Positions 24,443 through 52,800 of a stretch of DNA of 64,000 nucleotides are shown here, in pieces; position 1 is the stretch's first letter, and each line of letters begins with the position of its first letter. The notes under the pieces were generated by a model. The model made no database searches, was not told the origin of the DNA, and saw only the letters and a program-made list of their open reading frames with translations. This DNA is from Acanthaster planci (lineage: Eukaryota). The position numbers and the translations under genes were made by a program. The DNA lies in the NCBI RefSeq assembly GCF_001949145.1, contig NW_019091357.1, forward strand, positions 3,992,228 to 4,056,227, given 5' to 3'.

Positions 24443-26934
24443 TCGGGCGATAGGCGGCGCTTCTTTTTTATGTATATTTAGCAATCCAGGACAGGGAAGT
24501 GTTAACCAAACTATGAAAGATATCTTCTAACCTGCATTAAGACTTAGGTTAACTTTAATCTTAAACCTCTACGGTTAAGAATTTTTTTTAAATTTCGCCA
24601 GGCGTCCGGCATCTTCGCAAGGAGATAATATTAGGCGTTCTGTCATAATAGGCGGGTCCCCACTACGTCGAAACTAGTCCTTGGGACTGTATGAGCGAAT
24701 GAGGAACTAGACGAAGACGGCTGCAGCCTTGGGGAAGCGCGTATTGCTATGCAGATTCATTGCCACATTAAACTTGTTTTAATGCCTCTGTTGACAATCG
24801 ACGGATGGGATTAGTTCAGTTTCAAACCTTCTGTAATGGATACCTACAGAGATAATTTTAGACAAGGATGACTATCATCCGTCAACACATATATCCATAC
24901 ACTGTCTTGTTCCCCCCTTTTTGTAACCAAACAAATCTGTATTTATACGAGAACATGTGCATTTTTAAAATCGACCTTGTTTTTGAACTGCTCGACACTT
25001 GCACATCAAAAATGAACACAATGATGCGTTTCTCTATTTGAGGTGGAAATGTGTCATGCCTTTACAGGGAAATGTCCGGAATGAAATACGTTTGTAAATA
25101 AGTTTTAAACTTATGTGGTCGAATGTGGTGTGGGACGTTTTACCCAGAATTTATAAAGAATTAGGATTGAGATTTTAGTGTTTCTCGCTGTCCAACTTTG
25201 CTTCCAACTCAGTTGGATTTCCTGTGCCTGGAAATAGGCTGGCAGCATGCAATGCATTAATGCATTTTGTGGATTTGCAATTTTTCCAGTTGTTTAGATT
25301 TTCCCATTTTGTCGTTTTCAATGAATTTCCCTTTGTATAGGCTAAAAAGAATTAAGAATTTTTGGACGCACTTATTAATATTTTTGGAAGAACCTCAACA
25401 CAAACATCCTCCCGTTGTGACATGCGTGCATCTTACAGTTATTGACAGAATATAAAGAAAAGCTAGCATACAATAAGGGATAGGCATTTTTCCTTACCAC
25501 AACTTGTATCGTTGCTGAAGAGAGGGCTTGCATTTTATGAAATTGCCCTTTTTCCTATTCATTAATAAATCATTTTTATTTTCCAATTCACCATTTAATT
25601 GTTCCTACGTAAGTTTTAACTTTTGTGCTCAAATATTTAGTAGGTATAACTCATCTTTCTTTTTTCCATACCGTTATTCCATTATTTCCAACGAATCTCG
25701 CCGTTTTGATTTTAACATTTTGGATTCTTTTGCCAGACACGTAATGTTAAGTTTGTACATACGATTTTTATAGACATTTTTCATATATTCGGTGTTAATA
25801 GTAAGTCATGCATTTGATTACACTCGATTTTGTAGGAACGAGACTTGTATATTTTTCTCTTAATAATCAACTATTTTTGGCAGGTGAGGAGCCTTTTTAT
25901 ATTCCTAAACAGTACGTGCCGCTGAATTTTAGGCACTGATTATACTAAATGAGGAACTTTCAAGAGGCCGTTATAGCTGCGTAGCGTCGACAGAGGGCCC
26001 ACTGAACTCTGCAAAAAAAGCTGTAAAAAGTGCACGCACTCTCGAAAGCTGTGAAGGGTTTCTATCGGGTGACATCTCATTCTTGACTCCATAATTTATT
26101 AGTGTGATTCAGGACTTTTTTCAAGCCTGTGGCCGTAATATCCTTTCACTGTATGCGGAGACCCTGAGGTGTTTTTAATCGGAGCTATATTGTTTCTAAA
26201 AGACAGCACCGTGTGACGACTTAAAGTAGGGAAAATCAGCTTTTTGACGAAGCATTTCTACAATACACAGAATTTTTTTATTGCCTTCGCATGCGGAAGA
26301 GGGGATTATTATACAATTCATCTACTATACCGACCAAAACATGCCTCATGACCTGAGTTGTGTCATTTTATGGGGAAATAAGAACATTAAACAAGTGTAA
26401 AATTATTTATGGTGTTTGTCCCAAGTTTGATGTTGGCTATGTTCTCTTTACTGCTTTTTGTTTTACAATTGCCCAATCAATATTGGTTGAAATTTTCCCT
26501 GCACTCTCTCACTCCAACGAATTATGAAACTAACTGGAAAGAGAAACTTTATTTCGAAAGTGGTCGTGACCACGCCCAGTCATGTGTTTCGTTTCGGTGT
26601 CACTGGAAGTTTTTCACTGGAAGATGGCAATGGTGCATATGAAAATTCCAATGGCAAGTGTGGCTGTACCTTATGGCTCGCTGCGATCAGGGACAAGGAT
26701 CTCACGTATTATAAGCCATGTCAAAGGTGACGCATTTTGGAGAGAACCCAACCTGATACATCGGTCGGTATGGAAGTCCCATGTGGACGAATGTGATACA
26801 TTTCTGAGGCTACGTCAAAATTGATTAGCTACGGCAATAGTAGGGGCAATTCCAGCCGAAGCTGGATCAGGTGCGCCCGGCACTCCTTGGATGCTGATGT
26901 GACAGAAATTGAATGCTGCATCCGGGTGTCTTCC

Positions 26935-27095
26935 CAGTGACGTAACTACGGGGGCACGTGCCCTCCCCCTTCCCTTGAAATCTTCAAATAATCTCCACTA
27001 AAACGTAGCTGCCGTTTATCTTATTGTGGTGCCCCTTGAACAAATGTGTGCATCGCCGGAGGCCCCCCAGACAATTAGCCCTGGTTATGCCACTG
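26935..27095. mobile_element. hAT-type MITE with perfect 8-bp TSD
   Basis: TIR cagtgacgtaacta / tggttatgccactg; TSD tgtcttcc at 26927-26934 and 27096-27103. Confidence 0.85.
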
Positions 27096-27569
27096 TGTCT
27101 TCCTGTCCTCCCGTCAAAATAAGGAACAATTTAAAGACGTGTTCGGTCGTCTGGAAAAGTATCTGAAGGTGGAATTTCTTCGAATTTCCTGCTTTGCATT
27201 ACTGTACTGTACCGAAATGGGAAAAAAGGACCACAAGATTCCTCAAATCATGAGGAAGGACACTCCATGACCATTGGAAGTGGTTGTGGTTGGATTGGTT
27301 TTGTTTGTAATAAACAAGCATTGTGTTGTATTAAAATTGTTTCTTTTGCGCATGCGTTATGCACGTTTCTTTGGCAGAGATGTAGTATTCCTTACAGGAC
27401 TAAATTTCACATGACACCATTCCCTGCCTCCCCAGCCTGTAGCGCCCTCGTGTCCACAGTCTTTCCACTCGTCTCATTGCTCCCAGAATCTCAATCATCC
27501 TGGGAACATATGAATATTAAAAACAAAAGGGATAGATGCGGGAAAGAAAATAAATGCCGGTTTGTCTGT

Positions 27570-28090
27570 CGTTTGCCAATCAGTGCTCACAGCAGCGGGG
27601 TCTTAGGCCCGATTTAACCTTCCACGTCCTCAGCCGCAAAATTAAATCCAAATATTACAATCAGGTAGGTGACGTCACCACGAGGAAGTAGTAATTTAGC
27701 GAACTGAAACTGTAACCTGCCTGTGCCAGCACTCGGCCGACTTTGACTTATTTTCATTTCTGGAAGTCAGTGCAGTGCGGCTGTGAGTTACCTCGCAGAT
27801 TTTCCACAGCATGCGGGCGTGGAAAGGTATTATTTTTAGGCCCGGTTTTTCCTTGCGAGTCCGGTTGGGGCGGATGTGGCGCGGTGAGTAGCCCGTGCGG
27901 ATCCCAGCTCTAAATCACGGACTGAAATAGGTGTAGGAGTTGGCGTTGCTACAATTTTATTACAGTGAGATCGAGCTTCATGGTGTATTGCCATGAACTA
28001 GGCGTGCACCCCGCGAGCACAATCGGTTAGAACGTGGTGTGAGTCGGACTGCAAGAAACGATAAGACAACGCCCTACATCACGGTAAGTA
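27570..28090 (+). promoter_or_regulatory. Probable promoter and non-coding first exon(s) of the SFK gene
   Basis: GC/CpG-richer block with CCAAT (~27576), perfect palindrome GGTGACGTCACC (CRE, 27668-27679), GGAAGT ETS-like sites, GGGGCGG box (~27867), and strong donors (gtgagt ~27783 and ~27884, gtaagt ~28084). The SFK ATG exon has an upstream acceptor, so it needs such an exon. Confidence 0.55.
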
Positions 28091-30878
28091 CAATGGAGAG
28101 CAATCCAGAACACGACTTTCAATATTGTCTACGTTGAAATTCCGCGAGTGTTTGTTATACCCTGCACGTGTACCTGAAAAGCTTTGAGTTGTGTTTGAAC
28201 TATCAACTTTGGAATTGCGTTTGAACAAATGTAACCGTTGAGTCTGTATTGATTAGTTCTACTGGAGTGACAGGCTTCAAAGAACATTGTGATTCCTCTG
28301 TTTACAAAATATTCACTTCAAATCTCTGTATACAGAATTGCTATTCTCGGCATATGCAAAATTGTTTCGGAATCATCAGTTAGGGATCGACTAAAATTGA
28401 TGAGAGCGATGGTCATAATTCACTCATGCTTGTTTTTTCAAAGTTGCTTTTGCTTTGTACCGGAATAACTCTACAGAGCTTTTTTATGCACTTTTCACGC
28501 TCAAAATATAATAAAGGCTTGGTCAATTCTTGTTTCGACAATGCTAAGTTTGTCAATGAAGCATTGAATCAGGATATCGGGGTGTAATACTAAACGTTGT
28601 TCACTGTACACTTCTGGTCGTGCATCTCCGTTCTTATTGCAACTTGGCTGTTGAATTAAATGGATAATGAAAATATTATTTCTGCCAAATTTGCTGTTGC
28701 CAAGGATCCACGTCTGGAATGGAGATACCGCCGTTCAGTGGTGTTGCCCGTAACATAATGTAAGGTGAAGCCACTGTATGGTTACATTCCGGCTTTGTTC
28801 GATACTTGTTCGTGACTGTTACTATGACTGATTGTGTATACATCTTTGAACGGTCGACGGGTTGCTCCGGGTTTCACGTGCTAGACAATACCATTCATGT
28901 GATAGAGGCCTTTGTGTCGTAGTTCGGGTGCTTTCCAAGTCAAAATGTCTACCATGGCGAAGACTGTATTGTACGGAAGCGAATTTGGGACATAACTTTA
29001 AAAAATTATTTGACCAAACTAATCCGCCCAGGTGAAAAAGTGGCTCAAACTTTTTAGTCATAACCTCAATACGCTTCTGCAGTATTTTCTGGTGAGGGCA
29101 CCCCCTTCATGAATGTTGAGAGAGTCCTTTAATTTTGTCTTTCGAATAGACCGATTACGCCAGCTATGTCACGTGACCTATACTGGGTATTAATATCAAC
29201 AAACACCGCGTCCACTCAAAGCAAAGTGTTTCATAAGTATCATTTACCCAAAATAAAGCCGACGGTAAGTACCGCACTTAGACTACTGATGCAGTGGGTA
29301 TACTCTACTGTAACTTGGCTGTATCGTTTGTTAACACCTAGAGTGCATAGGGGTTAGACATGTGGGGGGTACCCCTCCGTCCCATGTCGTGCTGCCCTCT
29401 GTTCAGGTTGAGTTGATATATGGATGAAATTTTATTTTCACTGGAAGCGAACAGATGGCGATAATTGTTGAATTCTCAGAAAATACTTTTATCAACATAT
29501 GCAGGAGGACGCTATTTGATGTTCGCATTGCAGATGTACACTTTACAGAGAGTGTTGCAACAAGAGTGTCTCATTTGATGGAACCAAAATGGTTATGCAT
29601 CAGTGCACATAGACACTTAGCATACAATAGCAGCATGCTGTACTGCACAGATAATGAACTGCCATTTTGGTTCCAAAGTCTCAAGATGGCGCTATTCTTT
29701 CTAAATACAGCTCTGAAACTGTATAATAGAGCAGCGCTAGTTTCAGATTTTTAGAAACAAATGGCTGTTCATTATGTGAACAGTAGAACGTCTCTAAGTG
29801 CACTGGGGCCTACATCTGTTTGTTTCCAACCATAGTGACACTCGAGTCACAGGTTTCTCTGAACACGGCTCTGGTTGTCATACAAGGCACTCTTTGTCCG
29901 AAGAGCATTAGAACGTTACAAAAAATCAGTCCTTCAAAATCACCAGTGTTATACATATAGGCCTACATACAGTGTATAAACAATTATTCCCCTACCCAAA
30001 ATGGCAATATATGGGCGTGGGCACCAGCAACGAGGCTGGCCCCACCAAGGGAGCCTCCGACATACAGCCGTCAGTTTCAGGGATCACCCGAGTCGGAAGC
30101 CGGGGGGGACAGATGCTCCCGTCTGATGGCCACAGCTGACCTCTCTGATGCGGGACTTCCGTGATGGAGAGTTTAGTGTGTGGATGACTGGCATTGTGCA
30201 CGGTGTTGTTCTTTACGAGACAGCTGTTTAGCTTACCCCCGATTCTATGTTTAGTCACTAGATTTTCATGAGGAGGACAGTTTGTTACCCCTATTCCAGA
30301 TTTCCTCGTCCGTTTTGGATAGGAGAGTTCTGTAGATCCAGGGAACATTTCTAATGATAGAAGAATACACCGAGCTGCTGTATATCGATAGTTTTACCTT
30401 TTCCATTTGAGTGTGTGCTACTTTTATCTCTTTCCTTCCCCTCACGCTTGATCGCATTCCTCAACTTTGATTGGACAGGAGTGAATGGGCTGAACGTTTT
30501 GCCTTATCTGCATTTCGACTGATTTAACATAAAATGGCTTGAATTGTAGATTTTCAACATAAACTTAGCAAGGCCATTATTGGTAATTGCCCATCTGTGA
30601 GTGCACTCAGCAAAGACAAACGAAATGTTTTCCGAGGAGTACATTAAGGTTTGTTGGCACTTTTACAAAGACAACACTTTCTGTAGAAGCATCTGTTTCA
30701 TGGTTCGAATTGCAGGACGATTGTGATCAGACACTTGTTTCTGTTTTGCAAAACAAGGAAAAGTTGGTTCGTGTTGGTAAGCAGAAGCGGCTAGCTCGGG
30801 AGCGTGTTCTTCTTGCCCTTAGACCGGACAGTCGGTCGGCCGGTGGGTTTGTCGGTCGGTTGGCGTCATCTCTCCGGC

Positions 30879-45575
<14,697 letters not shown>

Positions 45576-46818
45576 AGGTCTTGGCCTCATCAGCGGCCAT
45601 CTTGGATTATGAGGGGATCATTAATATAACTGTGTAAATTACGAGGCTACAAAAGGGATACCAGGACCCGAATCTTGTGCAATGTTGACTAGCAAGAAGT
45701 AAAAGTTTGACGGATCCCATCAATATCCGAACAACGGACAAGCGTTTCTCGAAATACCTGTAAGAATGTACCAAGTGCTTGTACCATCTCCGGGGGGTTG
45801 TATAGTAAATGAAAATATATGCATAGGATTTTTTTTGTGTTACACGGCTGTGTCAGTTGCGCCCCTAGGGCCCTACATTTTTTTATGTAAAGATTTATTA
45901 ATGTACGTGTTCACTCATTTTAAAGAAGTCCATTACAGATTCTTAAGTAAGTCACTCAAGTCGTCCAGTTGCTCGTCAACTATTCGTATGTTACTGTTCA
46001 TCTCCAAGGTGTCCTGTGGTCAGGCTTTTCAGTCAAGTTATGGTTGGAGCGCGATTTCAAATTATTGTCCTGCTGATTAACCAACTAGCGTACTACGTTA
46101 TTCATGTCTGACCAAGCCAGAGATGTGAACTTTGACTTGTCGTTTGCGTGCGAAATCGGCCTCCCGAGGTGTCAGTTTCAAACCCAAAGTGTTAGTAAAG
46201 GACAGATACTTACTTCTGAAATGTAAATAGAAGGAAAATTAAAATGAAATAATATATAGCAGCAATTATGTTCTAAAGTTTGCTTTTGAGAAGATTGCCG
46301 TTCGTGAATACATGTATTATAAATGAATTTTAGAATTGCATTATTTTGTAAGTAATGTCTTCCATGAGACATAATGAAAAAGAAAAGAATCTACAGAATG
46401 TATCAGTTTTCTGTAATTTCAAAGGTGATTTCGGCAAGGTGTGGTTTATAGAAGTTAATCAGATATGTGCGTTGCTTTCAGTGGGTTGTAAATATATTGA
46501 AAAGGGGCACCATTGACGACTATTTCAGTGAAATAACGCAAAAATCATTTACGATTTCACTTATTTATTAACCTATTCGTATTACGCAAGTTGCACTTTT
46601 GGTGGATTATATTGTACATATGCAATAGATCAATTCTTAATGTAATTAATTACGAAGGCATTAACTAGTGAAGGTTGTGTAGTACATCTTCATAGCGTAC
46701 GGTTAATCTTCTCGGGATATAGCGGCCACAATAGGAAAATACTGTTGCAAACCTGTTCCTCGACAATTCAAGGGCACCCTCCACATATTGAGAAGGCCAG
46801 TGAAGAGAAGGAATCGTA

Positions 46819-46927
46819 GGCTGCATCCGAATCAGCCTCTAGAGCTAGGTCTAAGTCTGTGCCCATTGAAGATACACGTTGATTTAGACGCAGCCATATA
46901 GTTCTAGAAACCCGTTTCGGACAAGCC
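46819..46927. mobile_element. MITE family B, copy 3 (inverted, in putative SFK 3'UTR)
   Basis: ggctgcatccgaa..tctagagctaggtct..gtttcggacaagcc is the reverse complement of copies 1 and 2. Confidence 0.72.
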
Positions 46928-47810
46928 ATTCACATACATGAGCCCTTCTCCGACTGGAGTGGCTGGGGACATGAGTAACGCACGCGGCTAAGAGGAAGTG
47001 ATTGCGACTACTGACCAGTCATTCCCATAGACGCACTTATCATTTTAGCCTCAGCCACAACTTTCAGACAGCCAAATCGCATTTAAGACTATGCTTTTCA
47101 ACCAGCACTTCTTTGCACAAAAAAAGAGAAACATTGTGACAATTCAAAGTATGAGATACCACCATGGATGTTAAATTAATCTCATTTTTCTATTGTGTGC
47201 TTCTCAGAAGAACTGGTTGTCTTCAATCGCTGTATAGTGCACATCATTTAGCATAGCACTGACCACATCTCTCCACGGGGACTAACTGTTCGAAAATTCT
47301 GACTGAATGTGTTGCCTGAAAAGCTAATTCTACCAGTATCTTAATTGGGTTTTATCCTTTCCATAATTTTTATATAACCTCATATTTTAGTTTTCATGAT
47401 GCTCACATCACTGATTGATAATACTGACAATTTCATAGGCTCTCTATCTGCCTTGACTGGGTATTTTTTTGATTCAGGGTGTCAGTCTTGATTTGAAACA
47501 AATGTAGCTAGAAGAAAACATTTATTCAAGATTTTGTACTTTAAGTGCTTCCTCAAAAGTGCAATTACCTGTACATTGTATTTGAAAAATGCAGCATGCA
47601 GATGAAGTGTTCTGGTGTAAAGTCCAGTACGTTGTATAACTGTTTCCATGTTTTCAATAGTTTCGAACAGAAGAAATTGACAATTAGGTTCAATTTCAAT
47701 TGTAAACGTAACTTTGAAAGTCCAGGGGAAAATGCAAAACATGAATCATTTAGTTACATAATTTCGAAATAGGTTTGCCCATTTTAAAACTGAAACTACT
47801 TTTTGTTTGA

Positions 47811-47816
47811 AATAAA
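47811..47816 (+). terminator. Candidate polyadenylation signal of the SFK gene
   Basis: AATAAA ending a ~2.2 kb AT-rich, 3'UTR-like stretch after the stop codon. Confidence 0.35.
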
Positions 47817-49249
47817 GCAACGTTTATGCAAGCACCTTCGCCGTTCTCAAACATTTCGGCCTACGTAATTTTCCCTTTGTAATTAGCTTTTCCTTTAGGT
47901 TTTAGCTATTTTCTTTAATAACAGCCTACTTATTCTCTGAAAGGAACATTCAAATGTACATTGTCCTTTCCGCTTCAATAATATACTGTGTATTACACTG
48001 CATGTAACGAAATGATCGTTACAGTACTTAGGTTGTGTACCACGATTTTGAACTCACGACACATATCATTATTCTTGAGGACGCCGTGTTCGAAGCCACT
48101 CCAGATTGACGTCATATAATATTACCACTGCTTTCTTCTATTCGGTGACATGATTTCCCAACTGCCAAGCTCCCTTCATAGATCCGCTCCACATTATATC
48201 ACATCTCCCGCAATCCCTTGCAGTCCGCCACCTTTGAAGTCAAGCATTGCTTGAATCGGGTATTTTGTTACAATGGCTTGATTTCACAGGTAGAGCGCGC
48301 AGCACGGTGAATAGTCGTAGCCGTTAGGAAAAGACGTGTGCGTATACAACGCCCATGCAAACTACGTGTATTTACACATAGCTAGGCTGAATACCTCATT
48401 AGGAAACTCGGGTTTAATGGAGATATAACGTCTAAGGGTTGCTCTTTGTCAGAAGCAACAGGAATTACCGTAACATAGTAGCCTCCTGACGTGCACCATC
48501 GATACCACTCCACTGTTCTGTTAGTAATGGGCTGGCTTGTTTGATATTTCCGCTCCACAAACAAGGGTAGCGGCAGCCCGTTGTGTCCCCCAAGAATTGA
48601 TGAGTTTAATAAGCTGCGATCAAAAATCCACTGTCTGCGGCTTTTGTCGAGGGTTTGGCAAACACGCAACTCATTAAAAGCGGAGCGAATGAGGTTGTTT
48701 GTTTTTCGTGCTGTCGTGGGTATTCTTGATGGGTCAGCGTCGGCAGGTTGGTCTTTATCCTTTGACACCCTCATAACTGGGCTGTTTCTGTCCAATCAAA
48801 TTACAGCTTTGTCACGGCAAGTTTGATATTATGAAAATAAATTAGAAAGATGGAAACATTCATGCCCTTTTTTACATTTGCAAATTTCGCCTAATCGGAT
48901 ACAACCACTCTGCAATAAATATTCTCATTTCTATTTCAAATGATAGATGACTGTGCTTTTAAACCGCGATGAATAAATATATTCAAGTTTTAGGGTTTTA
49001 AAAATGAAATTTGGCGAGTACGGGACAATTTCTCATTCCCTCAGTCGCCGGTTGTTGTCGGTTAGGAGCGATCGCAGTCAGGTCACTTCGCCATCCAGTC
49101 CAACCCTCCCTCCTCACACTGTGGACTGAACCTGATGCCGCTATTGCTCCAGCGTCAGCTGTGCCTTGGGTGGCCCAAAGATCACTGGAATTCTTCCACA
49201 TTTTCCCTAGCCACCCTCCGAACGCCGGATCGGACAGTTAAATCCCGGT

Positions 49250-49890
49250 ATTACTGCACCTGTATACTGTGAAATTGCGCGGGCACCGTGCCAAGTCAAC
49301 CAGAATAATCCAGCCGGTTCATTTGCATATAATTTGCATGACGTGAGTGATTATGGCCCAGCCGCTACGCACGCGATCACGGGTTCCACAACGCGTTAGA
49401 GTCCGTGATACTAGGGATTTCTTGGAGAGAACTAGTTTCGCGATTTACTGGCAGAAATGTACGGCAAGTTTCATTTAAAGAAGAGGTGATGTCTCACTAC
49501 AGGCCGAAGTGGGAAGGTGCATGTCAGCGATAATTTATGACCGCGATTTTGCTTTCCTTCCGACGGTACGTGTGTATTCTGTGATCAGCAGCTGTGAAGT
49601 TGACCACTTCATTGTGTTACATTCGCCTTGTCTCTCGCCCGCTTTAGTCGTAAACGGTGCAGTACTCGACTTTTGGGAGTTGAAAAAAATGCCGGGAGGG
49701 GTGTGACTGACATCCTTCACCCATTGTTGCATTGTTTCTACATACCAACGTCTTTAGTCATGAGCTGGGGAGACTTTTATGACATCCAACGCTATAAGAC
49801 TTCTGTAGGTCCACGTGGGTTCTACATTAGACAGCACATAGCCCATTAAATTCCACGATCACAAGAGAGTTTTCAGAATAAGGTAAGACA
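49250..49890 (+). promoter_or_regulatory. Probable promoter/first non-coding exon of a third gene
   Basis: CpG-rich patch, two tandem octamers ATTTGCAT (49321, 49332) followed by TGACGTGA; donor ag|gtaaga near 49882. Confidence 0.4.
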
Positions 49891-52800
49891 AACCCGCAAG
49901 TTTGATAAAAGAAAGAGTGACACCTAGTTTTTTGGAAGATAAAATCAGATTAGATAACTGTCGCTGACTACCAATAACGATCTTAAATTTGGTTGTCATT
50001 GTCACTAGCTTGTCTTGTAATATCCATTGCCGTAAATTCTTAGACCAGCTTTCACTGAATTATTGACACCAATTCAACCCAAGAAAGAAAGTAGAGAATA
50101 GGCCTACAACAAAGATAAATCGTAAACAATAAGAGGCAACATTAACCTCGCCCGTCTGGTCCTACTTCTAAATTAAACTGGGACAAGGTTAATTTTTTTG
50201 GTATTAAACTTGTTCCCAATGTGTCTGTGGAAATTCCATAAGTTTGTTCAGCAAGAAAAGCTCGAAGTTTTTTCAATCTTTTTTTCGCCGAGATGAAAAC
50301 ATTTCTCTGTCTCTATCTGCAAAGTAAGCATATTTACCATCGAAAGCACGATATCATATTACACTTTCAATGTTTTAACATTACTACACAGTACTATTCG
50401 ATTGCTGATTCCCAGATTCACGATTTCAACAAGAACTGAAATATTAAAGTGAGCTGGCCTTTAACCTTTTTTTTTCTGAACAGGAAACATGGTTATCTTC
50501 GCGTAAATTGTGTTAATTGGCTCGTTTTGCCCCTCAGGTCAGTTGGAATTTCCCTCTTGTAAAGCGTACGGACTCAAAGACTAAAACTGAAAAATGCCTC
50601 TGGCGAGATGTCGATGTCCTTGGATGGCATTACCAAACTTAAAAGCCTATAAGATTGTGATCAAGCGGTCAGCAGTTATTACTGACGGGCAATAATTGCC
50701 ACAGGAACTTGACCGCCACCTACTTATCTTCTTTGTGTTTTTCCATTGTACAGTTTTAAGCGCAAGGTACCATATTTTTAGTCACTAATTTAAACCCTGC
50801 ACACCACAGCATAATAACGTTCAGCTAACTTGTGATAAGGGCACTCTTTTCATGTTCTATGGTTCTCATCATATTTTTTTTTTAATTTGAGGATGGTTGG
50901 TCGGTCGAGTCATAAATCCTTTCAAAAAATCCATGCTGCTGCCATAATGAAGCAAAGTGCACTATGTATACTTGTCACTTGTTTTATATTGAGTGTCTGT
51001 TCCCAGCCGAGTGTAGAGAAATATTTCATTGTACACAACACAAAACCTCATTGTAGTCAGTTTCAAGACAACGTAGTTGTGCAGTTGTCTATGGACATGG
51101 TGCACGTATGTTTCGGTTTTCCCTTAGCGCTCGTATTTGTAGCACAATGGGTGCGGTACTGGTACCGCTCAGTAGTGATGCCGTACCGTGGATTTTGACT
51201 GTCGCTCCCTTGATATTTGGGCGAAATCGCAGTGTACTGTACATGTTTATTTTCAGCGCTGTTTTTTTTTACAGGTCATCACAACCTACTTTTTTATAGG
51301 CAAGGTCCTCTCAGCAGGGTCGGTATAAAAAGGGGGTTTCTTTTGTCGGTAGCCAAAAATGGGGTCGGTCGGAAATGATAATAGAATTTAAAAAGAGTGC
51401 CCTAATGACACACTCTGTCCTCGTCACTGTATTTAGATACTACATCACGTAGAACCATTAAACTGTCTGTTCTTTTAACGTCACAGTGGTGTTTTCCTAC
51501 AAGTGGCTGCTAAAACTATAGTTGGCCGTCGGTGCAAAAGTAAAAGAATAGTTCACAAAGTGTTAAAAATCCCATGCAGCTATCAGAACACCGAATAATA
51601 ATAACATACTGCTAAATACTAAATGAAAATACAACCCTGTTTAAAATTAATGGGACAGCTGTCCGTTTTGAAGGAATATGAGGTAAAATCGAAAACCGCC
51701 CATACAAGTTGTAAGCAAAGGCACTCCACAAGGGGCTGCCGTTTTAACCAGTAAATGCACTATTAATTAGAGGTTTGGTCTTTCGACGACAGTGGTAGAC
51801 AAGGTTTTGCTACATGTATATGCAACGCCCGACGCAAACAAACAATTTGCGTGCAGTGTATGTCTTTGAATTCCTTTCAAAAACCTTTTTACTCGTTATG
51901 TTCCACTGCATAATCCTGAATAATGTCAGATAAAGAAAAGTCACAAGCATGCACACCCAAATGAAAGGAACACATCAAGTGAAGCATCCTGGCCCAGGAA
52001 TTTCCCTTATGGTTGGCAGAGATGTGAATTTGTTGAAGGTTACGCTTTGGGCAGAGATTAGTTCACAATAAATTGTATGTTCGTATGATATTAAAGTTTT
52101 TTTATAACAAATAACTCATTATGGTCTTAGATACCAAATAATTCCCCTAGTGAAAGAAAGATTAAATCAGCACTGGAGAAAATAGTACCTTTCCACATTT
52201 TTTTTCAATTTATGAAAAATGTATCACGTTAACTATCAACCTTTCAAATCCTTTGAACCTTTCGTCCTCTTTCGAACACATGTTCGTTTCTTATACAGTG
52301 AAAAGAAAATGAAAAGTACAGACTCCTCCGTATTTAAAAATGCTCATATTCTGAAGTATTTAAGTACTTACTACATAATCATAATAACATTACCAGAATG
52401 CAAATTGTAATCTTATCACAATAATATGATACACGCCATTCTCCACCTTAACGCCAAGGGAGTTGGTATATTAATTCACTCTTTAATCCCGTTCCAAGGA
52501 TTTCGGAACTCCCCCGCCCGTGTCGCCTTGTATCGCCTACGGGCAGGGGAGCCAAATGCAGGCAACTCGTTTAAGCAGGTACATTACTGCGTGAAATTAA
52601 TTGGACGTTTTTATAATGCGCAGTGTCCCATGAATTGAAGGGCCTCGCGTAAACCAGCATAATTGATAACCCTTCACTTAACATGAGGTTTGGTGTTCTT
52701 CATGGTAGTACAAGATCCGAACAGGGCGTAGGAAAGATTTTATATGTGCTGGTGAAACGTGAAAACGTTTCCAGTAACATATCTGTAGAGGTTTAAAATG

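Noticed and set aside
30011..30139. Short ORF MGVGTSNEAG.. with a second MGxxxS myristoylation-like start upstream of the SFK ATG exon
   Set aside because: It ends in a stop with no good phase-1 donor, and the region looks more like a retroelement-derived repeat
48040..48826. GC-richer stretch with ORF 48382-48795 (-)
   Set aside because: No recognisable motif or splice structure; probably a decayed repeat
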